From Mizuhopecten yessoensis (taxonomy: Eukaryota): a DNA stretch of 64,000 nucleotides. The stretch lies in contig NW_018405052.1 in assembly GCF_002113885.1 (NCBI RefSeq), positions 313,562-377,561 on the forward strand. Direction: 5' to 3'. Below the pieces are notes generated by a model. That model was not told the origin of the DNA and did not search any database. It saw only the letters and a list, made by a program, of their open reading frames with translations. This document shows, piece by piece, positions 11,801 through 26,800 of the stretch. A program made the position numbers and the translations under genes. The first letter of the stretch is position 1. Each line of letters opens with the position of its first letter.

Positions 11801-14800
11801 ACATTTACAATACCGATATACAGATATGAACATTATGCAGACAAATGATTGACCCCATTGCTGTGGGGTGAAGGCCTGTACTTACCCGGTCACCCTTCTC
11901 TCCCTTGCAGGTGCAAGCCTCAGCACCTCCAGATGTAAGCACTGCACCATTGGGTCCTGGTGGGCCCTGATCATGGAGAAAGTGAAAGTGAAAGTAGACT
12001 TTAATAACAAGGATGCTGACCAGGTCAGAAGCTCACATGTCTTGTAGCAGAATTCCTAGTTGTATCAAATACCTATCAAACATTAAAAGTATACTTACCT
12101 TTCAACTGAAAAGAATTAATGCATTATATATCCTAATTCATTGTTACTATCCAACCTTGATACAATGTATATGATAATTGGGTAGTCCATGGCCACATGG
12201 AAATAATTTAGACAAAACATTAAAACATGTAATGAGGTCAAATCAATACAGCAGAGAAATTTCCATATTCAATAAAGTTGTTGAGTGTATCATGGAGGTC
12301 AGGATTTCAGATGTTGATAAACACTCGGGCCACACATGTACCAGCTGTGTGAGAGCCCGCACCAATATAACCCAGCTTACCATTGGCCCCATCTTAGACC
12401 CTTTCAGCTTGTGTCACAGCGTTCACTTGTGACCCATCTTACCATTGGCCCCACCTTGGACCCTTTCAGCTTGTGTCACAGCGTTCACTTGTGACCCATC
12501 TTACCATTGGCCCCACACTTCCTTCCATTCCTTGTGATCCTTTGTCTCCCTGTGGTCCTGCCTCTCCCTACATTATAACAAAGCCAGTAAAAGTGAGCGA
12601 CTAGCTTGCAGCAGTTACTATCCTTGGAACACTTCTAGAAGATATATTAGTGTGTGTTATTAGTTGGTTACAGTAGGAAATTAAAGATTTAGGCCTATTC
12701 AAGATGGACAAATAAATGTTACATAGAGAATAATACATGCCTTTTCCCCTATCACATCCAGTACCAACCCGAGACTCCAGGGCTGATATTGGCTGAGGGC
12801 TACAGATAGATCTACTATCTTATGATCTATTTTTCTTTTGAAATATTGGAAAACTATTTTTTTTCAAAAGGGATGTGATACAGGTTTTGCTGGTTGATAT
12901 GGAATGGGCTGATACAGGTTTTGGTGCGAGATACAGCGAGGGCTGATATGGGTTAGAGCAATTGCGTCGTATCACATATACAAAAACCTATATTTATTAG
13001 AAAGTATGTAATAAATAACAATAAAATCCTCAAGAAAATCTCCAGATATTTTAAGATGGAGAAATTACACAATAAACAAAGTAGTACATTTGTAGTGGAA
13101 AAAGCAGTACATATAGATCTATATGAATCAAGTTCTCTTTATTCAACCCTATACCAGTCTTCAGCGACGGTCAGGGTGATAAACGAAGGTTTATAAAGTT
13201 GACTTACAGGTAAACCCATTGGTCCAATCAGGCCCCGATCACCCTTTTCTCCCTGGATACAAGAAACAATCCGCATCAAATATCATCAGCATTATGCATC
13301 CACAGTACATCACCTTCCCAAATTTTTGTAAAACAGAAGTTTAGGAATTTAAGTCTTAATGGATGTGACAGGAAAGTCATTGAAGAGTTGGCTATAATAT
13401 TTGTCATTGTAATAACCCAAAGTTGAGAAGATGCAACAATCTGATAAAAACAAAATGAATAAAATGTCACATGGATCGTACCACACAAGAACCAATGATG
13501 TAACTTGCTACCAATATATATAATCATAATAATGTTTATTTCAGGAAATAGATCATAGACATCACATGTAACATGACAGTTGACATACATATTACAGTAC
13601 AACATACATATATATTACTAAAAATATTAAACAGAATATCACAGGTTTTTGGAGCAGTCCAAGGAGCAGGTGATTGGGCATCCCCTTCCTACAAGCTCTT
13701 CGGACGCTCAAATATTAATGAACCTACATGGATTAAATTATCGTCAGTAATAAAACATTGTATTATCTTAAAATATTCTATTATATATGAAACTAAAATT
13801 CATAACTGATTTTAAGATATACGTAATATATTTATACAATTACTACACACAAACATTGATCTATAAACCTGAGGATAGCCCATGAAAGCTCAAAAGCTTA
13901 TTCCAATGGGCTCCATGTTATAATGATCACGGGGAAAGATTTTGGCAGGAGGGAATGATTGACAACATATTATTAACTTTATTGTCAGTACCTAAAATGT
14001 ACATAATCATTATCAGTGTACAATGTACAATAATTGGGAGGATGGTGACAAGCATGCATAAGCTGTGACTTACTGTCCCTCCTTTAGGTCCCACTGGTCC
14101 TCGCTCTCCCTAAAACCACAACACGTCAGTATCACAGCATGGAGGCAAGTAAAAGAGAGTTCAAGTTCAAGTAAATTTTATTTAAAAGTCAGTACATGGT
14201 TAAACTAACACAAGCCTATGGAAGGCTTTTACAACCGACTATATAACAAACAAGAGGCCCATGGGCCTTAACGGTCACCTGATATATTTATACAGAGAGT
14301 TGATTTTGTTTTTAACATGAACAAAAATATTATTCAGTGACATAAAACAATAAAACCACCTTATTCAGTATCTAGCATACAGATTTAAGACTAAAAAGTA
14401 TTTGAAACTAGCACCTCTGATTCTAAACAAGGAAAATGAAGAAATTTAAGCACACTGACTCCTTTGGGCCCTACCCTACAGCCCTTGGGGGTAGGGCTGG
14501 CTCAAAATTTTCAAAGTATCAAACTGTCAACTCAGGGTTATAATTCCAATATAGTTATTAACATGTAATATTCAAAGTATCATTTGCCATTATAAACCAT
14601 AACAAATTTTGCCTCCCCACACCCCCTTTCCCAGGGGATAAACGTGAGACCCTAGGGTCATAAACCTTAAGACCATTCCATCTATGAAGAGTGTTTGATT
14701 CTACCATATCTGGGTCTTGAGAAGAAGATTTTTGAAATTTTAGTCAATTTGACCCTTTTTGGTCCCACCCCTCAGGCCCCTGGGGGCCGGGGACCAAACT

Positions 14801-17800
14801 GGCAACAATTTTTATTGACCTTTGGCCATGGAAGGTTTCTGCATAATTTCATTGAAATTGGTTCAGGGGTTTTGGAGAAGAAGTCGAAAATGTAAATAGT
14901 TTACGGACGCACGATGGACGACGACGACGACGACGGACAAAAGGCGATCGCAATAGGTCACTTGAAACTTTGTCTCAGGTGACCTAATAAAAAAGGAGGT
15001 AGCATTATATAAAACATAACAAGCATGCAGAGATAGGCTGCTTATATAACATTATTCTTAAACAGAATTTCTAATTCACATACATTTATTGTAGGCTTCA
15101 CACACTGTCTGGGTGATTGCATTGGTCTAAGGAACGTTTTGGAACAAAACAGGACAAGCGCTGCTCATCAATGAATCCAATACATTGTATATAATCTGTT
15201 GCTGTCTATCGAACTCAAAATTACCTATTGGATGTACTAGAAACACTGACTGATCAGCAAGGGTCCCACCATGTGTCTGACTGTAACCCCCAACCACCTG
15301 GTATATTTTTAGCAAGTCACCTTGTCCTTACAAACTCTTTAAACCCATATTGCACATCTACATATATTGTCTTTAGGTGTAATATTTAATAAGTACACTT
15401 CATTTTTCGATATGGTGTAACAAAGGTGTAACCATTTTAACATAGTTTGTATGAGAGGTTCACACGAGATCTGCTGATCACAATTCAACTGGTACATTTG
15501 GAGACACTTTTTACGCTTGAAATAGCACAGCACTACTTATATCTATTTTTTGTTGAACAAATTTTGTAATTCTTTTAGTATACAAATGCACAGTGCCAAA
15601 CCAGAAGGAACATGTACCATGCAATAACACCTACTTTATAGTACTTTATATACTTACAAGGTAAGAAAACTACCACAATATTAAATCCATTAACGGATGA
15701 TATGAGATGTGTAGGAAATGTTCATGCAGTAAAACATACAAATTGGGTAAGGTTACCTTGATACCAGGGGCACCTTCTAGTCCCATAGGTCCCTGTAGGG
15801 CAAAACAAGTCACATGACTTACAGAGGATGTTGGCATGAGCATGGGATAAATGATTGAAGCGTTAATAAATGAATTTTACAAATACACACAAAAAATGAA
15901 TAAGTAAAGTTGTCTTAGAACAGAAAACATTGGATTGGATTTGTTTTTTTTCTCAAAATAGGTAAAAAGAGGCTGATGAAATGCATTCAATAAATACAAT
16001 CCATGGAAAAGATGACACAGAGAGTGATTAAAGGGAGATAAATCTGCGGCTGAGGGTGAGGGTTAAACAGCTTACCTGAGGGCCAGCAGGTCCTGGAGGT
16101 CCTGGAAGCTGTCAACGTAAACAACAAAGTTATACACAATGAGTATAGAAACCAAAAAAATCCAACTAACAAATTCATCACCAAGAGGAGAAAGCTATAT
16201 CAAGTTTGAACAGGTTTAACAATTAATATTTAAAAATTCACTTGTCTGCTCTATATAAGAATCTCTTTATTCAGAAAATTAGCATAAACAAATCATACAA
16301 GATTATCTATTCTAGTATAGAGCAAAAGTGTTAACTCATTTGTTTTAAAAGTAAAAACTTACAACCCTTTGGATAATGGTGCCTTCCATCCCTTTTCCCT
16401 CTATAATTCCTGGCTCTCCCTAGAAAACATCAAAACCACAAAATCACCACCAGGGTAGTATTCACACTTCTGTGTTATAATGCTAATTTTAAAATCTTCA
16501 TTTCTTAACAGAATTGTTTAATGTTCAAACTTTGTACACCTGAGATCCACCATCAAAAGACAGGAGACAGAGGAGATAATGCTACCATTAAATGACTCGG
16601 ATGGAAATAAGGACATACTATGAGATAAATACTTAAGTTAAACCAATCTGATAGGTTATGATTTATGTAAACCTCTGTTGTTTAGCCTCTAAATAAAAAT
16701 ACCGACTCGGAGTGTTGTAATGAATGCATAGCAGACAGAACTATAACACACAAATGTTCTCTAATCAGAAATCCCTCAGGCCTTCCTTCATACTGTATCA
16801 GCACCAATTATGTTGTAATGGAAAATTCAAACTTTGGTGGAAATTCTCAAAAAGTTTTCGATTGACATTTGTCACCTTACAGAGATTTTAAAAGGAAATC
16901 ATGACCTTGTTCCTGCAAAATTGATGTTCCACCATTTAGTAAACAGTTTGTTCAAATTGTATCATGAAATGAAAGAAACTGCCCAGAAAGACAATATACA
17001 ATCTTCTGTGTTGTTTTGGATATAATAGGGTAAGAATGCATATTCTTAACATTCATGATAGTATAATACCCAGTTACTTACAAAAACATTCTCCAAGATG
17101 CACAACCGTTTCATACCATCTCAAATTTCCATAATATACACATTTCATTCCGAAAGTATTGCATCACACTTACTGATTCTTATAACGACATAATTTACAT
17201 AAAAGCCTCTCGAACAAACAACATAATCAAGATATCTTTTAACTAAATTACTTCTCAAGTGAAAATGCAATTTTTTATTTCACCTAGAATCAGCAGAATT
17301 CAGTCAATCACACAACAGGTTTTCCCCAGTTTACCAAACACCTACCATACCTGTGAACTTATGGCATTTTGAACGTTAGTTGCATGGCTTTACCAATTGA
17401 AAAAAAACACCCAACGAAATGACAAAAACATTGATATGATGGTCAGATTGAAAAGAACATGTCTTTTACTATTAAGCATACCATTACCTGGTAATTACTA
17501 AGTATATAAATAATTCTCAACACATTAACAAATGTTACCCTCCCTCGTGAGATACAAATTTTGTGCCTTTGAAACTTGCATTCCAATTTCCTCGATATTT
17601 AAGTAGAGTATTACACATACATTAACTTAATAAGAAGAAATTTAGGAGTGGTTATCAACCTTTCACATTCTATAATTGTTTCTTTTGACCGATTAAACAT
17701 TTTGAATCGGGATCGGGGTCGGATAGGGATCAGATCCTGATCAGGCCAGGATACAAATATCTATTTTTACATCCTACACTGTTGGGAATATTACAGATTA

Positions 17801-20800
17801 TGAAGTCAAAATTGAAGGTTAAAAAATTGGGAGTCTCCCTCTAAAATAGCCAACTTAGCTAGTACGCTAATTCAGTTTAACCTCAAATATTGCGTCTCCA
17901 AAGAAACTCCTCATTGTTATTGTGTTTTGCCACCATGCAACCCCATTCCAACATTTATTTGCATTTCCTTATTAAAAAGTGTATGTGCTAAAACTGAGTT
18001 GCAATAGCGTGTCCATTCAGGAAAAACTCTACTTCAAATGGACATTCTGATCACCCTTAGGGGGAACAAAATGTAGCAAATGCCTGATTTTCTTCTGATT
18101 TACAGGAATTTTACATTTTTAAACTGTCACATTGACTGTTTTATTGATTGGCAATTAATTAATTATGGATTAAACATTTAGTCAAAGGCAAGCATTTAAT
18201 CGTGTCTAGGAAATGCTCAACATGTCATACAACATGCATAAAAACAACAGAGCACGGTCCTCATGCCACCCCTACACAAGATGTTCCCTGCCACTCAAGT
18301 CTTGAATGGTCCTGATAGCACACGATGTTCCCCACCCCACCCCTACACACGACCAATGTTCCCCACCCGTACACACGATGTTCCCCAACCCACCCCTACA
18401 CACGATGTTCCCCACTCCTACACACGATGTTCCCCACCCCTACACACGATGTTTCTCACCCGTACACACGATGTTCCCCACCCCTACACACGATGTTCCC
18501 CACTCCTACACACGATGTTCCCCACCCCTACACACGATGTTCCCCACCCCACAGCTGTACTCAGTCCATCATGTCTTACCTATATCTTGTGTTTCCAAGG
18601 ACAGCATGCAAAATAAAGCATTCGTGTGAGATTGTTATTTATTCCTGAAATTTGGAAAATATTTCAAATTACTGTTGCTTCTGGTACACAGTTACTATGA
18701 ACATGCTTATAACACATTTTTAAATGTATATTGGTGGGTTCCCTGTCAAAGAATGGTCACATGAACAGCAAGATCTTAAGCAAACTTTGACAGAAAAATG
18801 AATCCTCAGTTCTCTGAGCTTTATTAAAAATCTGTTTGCATATAGATGATAATACATAAATATGATAATTAATTTTAAATTGAAAATGACCTTTCATCAT
18901 TATTCATTATTGTAAGCCAGGCAGTATTATATCCTAAGAGCCTTCTTCTTTGACATGAATAACATTTGCTGAGAATGACCTTCATCCTAGACACAAAAAG
19001 GTTGGATGACTAACAGAAAACATGAAACCAGTGGAAATATGGAGGAATATCAGGCTAAAAAACACTTAACCCACTGGTAGTTGAAGACTATCCACCCAAT
19101 GGTAGCTGGAGAAACACACATACATGGGCAGTTGAACACACATACATGGGCAGTTGAACACACATACATGGGCAGTTGAACACACATACATGGGCAGTTG
19201 AACACACATACTGGTAGTTGGAGACATACCAACCCACTGGTAGTTGGAGACACACTCTGGTAGCTGGAGACACACCCACCCACTGGCAATTGGAAAAACA
19301 CACCTAATTGTAGTTGGAGACACAACCACCCACTGGTAGTTGGAGACATACTCTGGTAGCTGGAGACACACCCACCCACTGGCAATTGGAACAAGAGGCC
19401 CAGAGGGCCTGTATCGCTCACCTGAATATAATTAAAGTAACTGGTATCAAGTAAAGATATAGCACTCCATGGTAGGTGCTGTTAGTACATATGAAATTTC
19501 AGAAAGATCCATCCAGTACTTGAGATATAGAGAACAAACTTCAAACAGAGCCCCACCCCTATGCCCCTACGGGGGTCTTACCCACCAATTATACAAAATT
19601 GAGTCACCGTCACTCAAGGATGCTCCACACTAAATAAGGATAAAATCCCTTAATCCCGATGGCTGGAGAAGGATTTTTCCTATTGGGCCCTGCCCTTCTG
19701 CCCCCCACCTCAGAGACCACACCTTCTGCTAATACAAAATTGAGTCCCCTTGACCCAAGGATGTTCCAGACTAAATTAGGATAAAATCCCTTAAACCCTA
19801 TGGTAGAAGAAGGATTTTAAAGGTTTTTCCTCTATTTTCCCTATTGGGCCCCGCCTCTCTGCCTACAGCGGGGTCAGACACACCGTTTATACAAAATTGT
19901 TTCCCCTTCCCCCAAGAATGCTTCAGACAAAATATGGACAAAATCCTGCCATTCCTACCGAAGAAGAAAGATTTTGAAGATTTACGTCTATTTCCCCTAT
20001 TGGGCCCCCCCCCTCAGGTCCCAGGGGGGCCACCCCCACCGTTTATACAAAACTGGTTCCCCTTCACCCAAGAATGCTTCAGCCAAATATGGACAAAATC
20101 CTGCCATTCCTACCGAAGAAGAAGGATTTTGAAGATTTACGTCTATTTCCCCTATTGGGCCCCACCCCTCAGGTCCCAGGGGGGCCACTCCCACCGTTTA
20201 TACAAAACTGGTTCCCCTTCACCCAAGAATGCTTCAGACCAAATATGGAACAAATCCATTCATTCCTACGAAAGAAGAAGGATTTTAAAGAATAATTTGC
20301 TATATTTCCCCTATTTGGCCCCGCCCCTCAGGCCCCTGGGGGGCCAGACCCACCATTTATACAAACTTTGTTCCCCTCCCCCCAAGGATGCTTCTGACCA
20401 AATATGGACCAAATCCTTTGATTCCTACAGAAGAAGAAGGATTTTAAAGAATTTGCTATATTTCCCCTATTGGGCCCCCCCCCTCAGGTCCCAGGGGGGC
20501 CACTCCCACCGTTTATACAAAACTGGTTCCCCTTCACCCAAGAATGCTTCAGACAAAATATGGACAAAATCCTGCCATTCCTACCGAAGAAGAAGGATTT
20601 TGAAGATTTACGTCTATTTCCCCTATTGGGCCCCACCCCTCAGGTCCCAGGGGGGCCACCCCCACCGTTTATACAAAACTGGTTCCCCTTCACCCAAGAA
20701 TGCTTCAGCCAAATATGGATAAAATCCTTCCATTCCTACCGAAGAAGAAGGATTTTGAAGATTTACGTCTATTTCCCCTATTGGGCCCCACCCCTCAGGT

Positions 20801-23800
20801 CCCAGGGGGGCCACCCCCACCGTTTATACAAAACTGGTTCCCCTTCACCCAAGAATGCTTCAGCCAAATATGGATAAAATCCTTCCATTCCTACCGAAGA
20901 AGAAGGATTTTGAAGATTTACGTCTATTTCCCCTATTGGGCCCCCCCCCTCAGGTCCCAGGGGGGCCACCCCCACCGTTTATACAAAACTGGTTCCCCTT
21001 CACCCAAGAATGCTTCAGACCAAATATGGAACAAATCCTTTGATTCCTACAGAAGAAGAAGGATTTTAAAGAATTTGCTATATTTCCCCTATTGGGCCCC
21101 GCCCCTAAGCCCCCAGGTGGGCCAGACCCACCATTTATACAAAATTGGTTCTTCTTCACCTAAGGATGCTCCACACCAAATTTTGTTAAAATCCGCTCAT
21201 TGGTTCATGACTAGTAGTGTAAAGTTGACGGATGACGGACGCTGCGGTATGAACTTGAACTTGGTAGTTGGAGACACACTCTGGTAGCTGGAGACACACC
21301 CACCCACTGGCAACTGGAAAAACACACCTAATTGTAGTTGGAGACACCACCACCCACTGGTAGTTGGAGACAACCCTGGTAGCTGGAGACACGCCCACCC
21401 ACTGGCAATTGGAAAAACACACCTTATTGCAGTTGGAGACACAACCACCCACTGGTAGTTGGAAAGACATACTAACTAAATATCAACATCCTGAGCCTTT
21501 TGGTTATTCAGAACAAGTTGTTGAAATATTTTAAACATATTTGCTCCTTGTGATCTTGAATATGATTCAAGGTCATACATTTAAACAAACTTGGTAGCCC
21601 TTGATCCTAGTATGCTACTGACAAAATATCATCACCCAGGGCATTTTGGTTATTCAGAAGAAGTTGTTTAAAGTTTTTAACATATTTGACCCCTGTGACC
21701 TTGAAAATAGATGAAGGTCATTTATTTGAACAAACTTGGTAGCCCTTTATCCCAGTTTGCTTCTGGCCATATATCATCACCCTAGGCCTTTCGGTTATTT
21801 AGAAGAAGTCGTTATAAGTAAAATATTGACGCCGGACGCCGGACGGACGGACGGACGACGGACGCCGCACCATGGCATAAGCTCACTTGGCACTTCGTGC
21901 CAGGGGAGCAAAAAACACACCTAATTGTAGTTGGAGACACAACCACCCACTGGTAGTTGGAGAAACACTCTGGTAGCTGGAGACACACCCACCCACTGGC
22001 AACTGGAAAAACACACCTAATTGTAGTTGGAGACACAACCACCCACTGGTAGTTGGAGACACACCCATCCACTGGCAATTGGAAAGACACACCTACTTGT
22101 AGTTGGAGACACAACCACCCACTGGTAGTTGGAGAAACACTCTGGTAGCTGGAGACACACCCACCCACTGGCAATTGGAAAAACACCCCTTATTGCAGTT
22201 GGAGACACAACCACCCACTGGCAGTTGGAGACACACTCTGGTAGCTGGAGACACCCCCACCCACTGGCAATTGGAAAAACACACCTTATTGCAGTTGGAG
22301 ACACAACCACCCACTGGTAGTTGGAAAGACATACTAACTAAATATCAACATCCTGAGCCTTTTGGTTATTCAGAACAAGTTGTTGAAATATTTTAAACAT
22401 ATTTGCTCCTTGTGATCTTGAATATGATTCAAGGTCATACATTTAAACAAACTTGGTAGCCCTTGATCCTAGTATGCTACTGACAAAATATCATCACCCA
22501 GGGCATTTTGGTTATTCAGAAGAAGTTGTTTAAAGTTTTTAACATATTTGACCCCTGTGACCTTGAAAATAGATGAAGGTCATTTATTTGAACAAACTTG
22601 GTAGCCCTTTATCCCAGTTTGCTTCTGGCCATATATCATCACCCTAGGCCTTTCGGTTATTTAGAAGAAGTCGTTATAAGTAAAATATTGACGCCGGACG
22701 CCGGACGGACGGACGGACGACGGACGCCGCACCATGGCATAAGCTCACTTGGCACTTCGTGCCAGGTGAGCTAAAAACACACCTAATTGTAGTTGGAGAC
22801 ACAACCACCCACGGGTAGTTGGAGACACACTCTGGTATCTGGAGACACACCTACCCACTGGCAATTAGAAAGACACACCTAATTGTAGTTGGAGACACAA
22901 CCACCCACTGGTAGTTGGAGACAACCCTGGTAGCTGGAGACACACCCACCCACTGGCAATTGGAAAAACACACCTTATTGCAGTTGGAGACACAACCACC
23001 CACTGGTAGTTGGAGACACACTCTGGTAGCTGGAGACACACCTACCCACTGGCAATTAGAAAGACACACCTAATTGTAGTTGGAGACACAACCACCCACT
23101 GGTAGTTGGAGACACACCCATCCACTGGCAATTGGAAAGACACACCTACTTGTAGTTGGAGACACAACCACCCACTGGTAGTTGGAGACACACTCTGGTA
23201 GCTGGAGACACACCCACCCACTGGCAATTTTGAAAGACACACCTACTTGTAGTTGGAGACACAACCACCCACTGGTAGTTGGAAAGACACACCTACTTGT
23301 AGTTGGAGACACACTCTGGTAGCTAGAGACATACTCATACTCACAACTGTATGGTTGAAGGGACAAAAACAAGAGGCCTAAAGGCATGAAGACACTCAAC
23401 TGTTTAAAGGGTTTTTCTTTTCACAAACTTCCTAGCAATATGGACCCTTAAAGGGCCAACAACATTTAGGAATATTTCTTACTAACTTTGGGTAAAAAGT
23501 TGTCTGTTTACAAACATAATTATTGTTTAGCTACAAACTTCAATTAACACTAAGTGAAAGCTTTCGCAAAGAATCAGGCTTAGAGTCTCCACATAAAACT
23601 CCGAAGAATGGTAACGCCACAGTGAAACCTGTAACTGATGGTAGTGTGAAAGGATCAGAGGATCACCTGACTACATGCAGTCTCATTGAAACTACAGACC
23701 ACACATGTAAAACAGAACAACAATACATGCATACCTCTACTGTCTAATACAGCACCTTTCTTGTACAGGTGAAAAGGAAAAATCAAATATACTGCATTGC

Positions 23801-26800
23801 CAAGAACACAAAATATCAACAAAAACATGCAAGTTCAATGTCACACACAGACAGTGTTTGAGAACAGTGGCTTCACTTTGTGTAAAGATACCTTTGTTAT
23901 GAACATATGTATGTTTTAATGACATTTAGCATTTGTGCTTGTTCACACTAAGCACTCAGATAGGCATATACTCATTCAACAATTGCCTTAACTTATAATC
24001 TTTCATCATGCTGTGTTGAAATACTACACACCTATCACATGACAGTCATGCTAAACTTACGGGAGGCCCTGGGAGTCCTGGGGGTCCAATCAGTCCATCT
24101 CGGCCAACCTGCCCCTGAGATCCCTCCTCGCCCCTGTCACCCTTCATACCCTGGATAGCAAGTCATATCATTACACACACTCTGGATAACAAGTTATGTC
24201 ATTACACACACTCTTGATAACAAGTTATGTCATTACACACACTCTGGATAACAAGTCATGTCATTACACACACTCAGGATAACAAGTCATGTCATTACAC
24301 ACACCCTTGATAGCAAGTCATATCATTACACACACTCTGGATAACAAGTCATATCATTACACACACTCTGGATAACAAGTTATGTCATTACACACATTCT
24401 GGATAACAAGTCATGTCATTACACACACCCTTGATAGCAAGTCATATCATTACACACACTCTGGATAACAAGTCATATCATTACACACACTCTGGATAAC
24501 AAGTTATGTCATTACACACATTCTGGATAACAAGTCATGTCATTACACACACCCTTGATAGCAAGTCATATCATTACACACACTCTGGATAGCAAGTCAT
24601 GTCATTACACACAACCTGAGTAGTAAGTCATATCATTAGAAACATCCTTGATAGCAAGTCATATCATTACACACACCCTGGATAGCAAGTCATGTCATTA
24701 CACACAACCTGAATAGCAAGTCATATCAGTAGAAACATCCTTGATAGCAAGTCATATCATTACACACACTCTGGATAACAAGTCATGTCATTACACACAC
24801 CCTTGATAGCAAGTCATGTCATTACACACACTATGGATAACAAGTTATGTCATTACAAATGCCCTGGATAGCAAGTCATATCATTACACACACTCTGTAT
24901 AGCAAGTCATATAATTACACACACTCTGGATAGCAAGTCATACCATTACACACACTCTGGATAACAAGTCATGTCATTACAAATGCCCTGGATAGCAAGT
25001 CATATCATTACACACACTCTGTATAGCAAGTCATATAATTACACACACTCTGGATAGCAAGTCATACCATTACACACACTCTGGATAACAAGTCATGTCA
25101 TTACAAATGCCCTGGATAGCAAGTCATATCATTACACACACTCTGTATAGCAAGTCATATAATTACACACACTCTGGATAGCAAGTCATACCATTACACA
25201 CACTCTGGATAACAAGTCATGTCATTACAAATGCCCTGGATAGCAAGTCATATCATTACACACACTCTGTATAGCAAGTCATATAATTACACACACTCTG
25301 GATAGCAAGTCATATAATTACACACACTCTGGATAGCAAGTCATATCATTACACACACCCTTGATAGCAGGTCATATCATGACACACACTCTGGATAGCA
25401 GGTCATATCATTACACACACCCTGGATAGCAGGTCATACCATTACCCACACCCTGGATAGCAAGTCATATCATTACACACACTCTGGAAAGCAAGTCAAA
25501 TCATTACAAACAACCTGAATAGAAGTCATATCATTAAACACACTCTGGATAACAAGTTATGTCATTACACACAACCTGAATAGCAAGTCATATCATTACA
25601 CACACCCTTAGTCCTGTCATTACACACACTCTGGATAACAAGTCCTGTCGTTACACACATCCTGGATAACAAGTCATGTCATTGCACACAACCTGAATAG
25701 CAAGTCATATCAATACACACACCCTTAGTCCTGTCATTACACACACTCTGGATAACAAGTCCTGTCATTTCACACATCCTGGATAACAAATCATATTATT
25801 ACACACACCCTTGATAACAAGTCATGTCATTACACACACTCTGGATAACAAGTTATGTCATTACACACACTCTGGATAACAAGTCCTGTCGTTACACACA
25901 TCCTGGATAACAAGTCATGTCATTGCACACAACCTGAATAGCAAGTCATATCAATACACACACCCTTAGTCCTGTCATTACACACACTCTGGATAACAAG
26001 TCCTGTCGTTACACACATCCTGGATAACAAGTCATGTCATTGCACACAACCTGAATAGCAAGTCATATCAATACACACACCCTTAGTCCTGTCATTACAC
26101 ACACTCTGGATAACAAGTTCTGTCATTTCACACATCCTGGATAACAAATCATATTATTACACACCCCCTTGATAACAAGTCATGTCATTACACACACTCT
26201 GGATAACAAGTCATGTCATTACAAACACTCTGGATAGCAAGTCAGATAATTACACACCCTCTGGACAACAAGTTATGTCATTACACACAACCTGGATAAT
26301 AAGTCCTGTCATTACCTACAACCTGGATAACAAGTCATGTCATTACACACACTCTGGATAGCAAGTCATACCATTACACACACTCTGGATAACAAGTCAT
26401 GTCATTACAAACACTCTGGATAGCAAGTCAGATAATTACACACACTCTGGACAACAAGTTATGTCATTACACACAACCTGGATAATAAGTCCTGTCATTA
26501 CCTACAACCTGGATAACAAGTCATGTCATTACACACACTCTGGATAGCAAGTCAGATAATTACACACACTCTGGATAGCAAGTCATGTCATTACACACAC
26601 TATGGATAACAAGTTATGTCATTACACACACACTGGATAGCAAGTCATACCATTACACACACTCTGGATAACAAGTCATGTCATTACAAATGCCCTGGAT
26701 AGCAAGTCATATCATTACACACACTCTGGATAACAAGTCCTGTCATTACCTACAACCTGGATAACAAAGCATGTCATTACACACACACTGGATAAGGAGT

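Larger units (their letters stand above)
19070..23332. repeat. compound ggtagttggagacac minisatellite interrupted by HINE insertions
   Basis: Blocks at 19070-19390, 21262-21468, 21913-22330 and 22775-23332. Confidence 0.88.

Noticed and set aside
14160-15560. Possible decayed LINE 3' end surrounding the HINE at 14250
   Set aside because: Only a vague resemblance; no recognisable reverse-transcriptase motif or intact frame.
19844-21287. Pro/Gly-rich ORFs ([13 protein letters not shown])
   Set aside because: They are the internal 155-bp repeats of a HINE-like element, cycle through frames, and have no Gly-X-Y periodicity.
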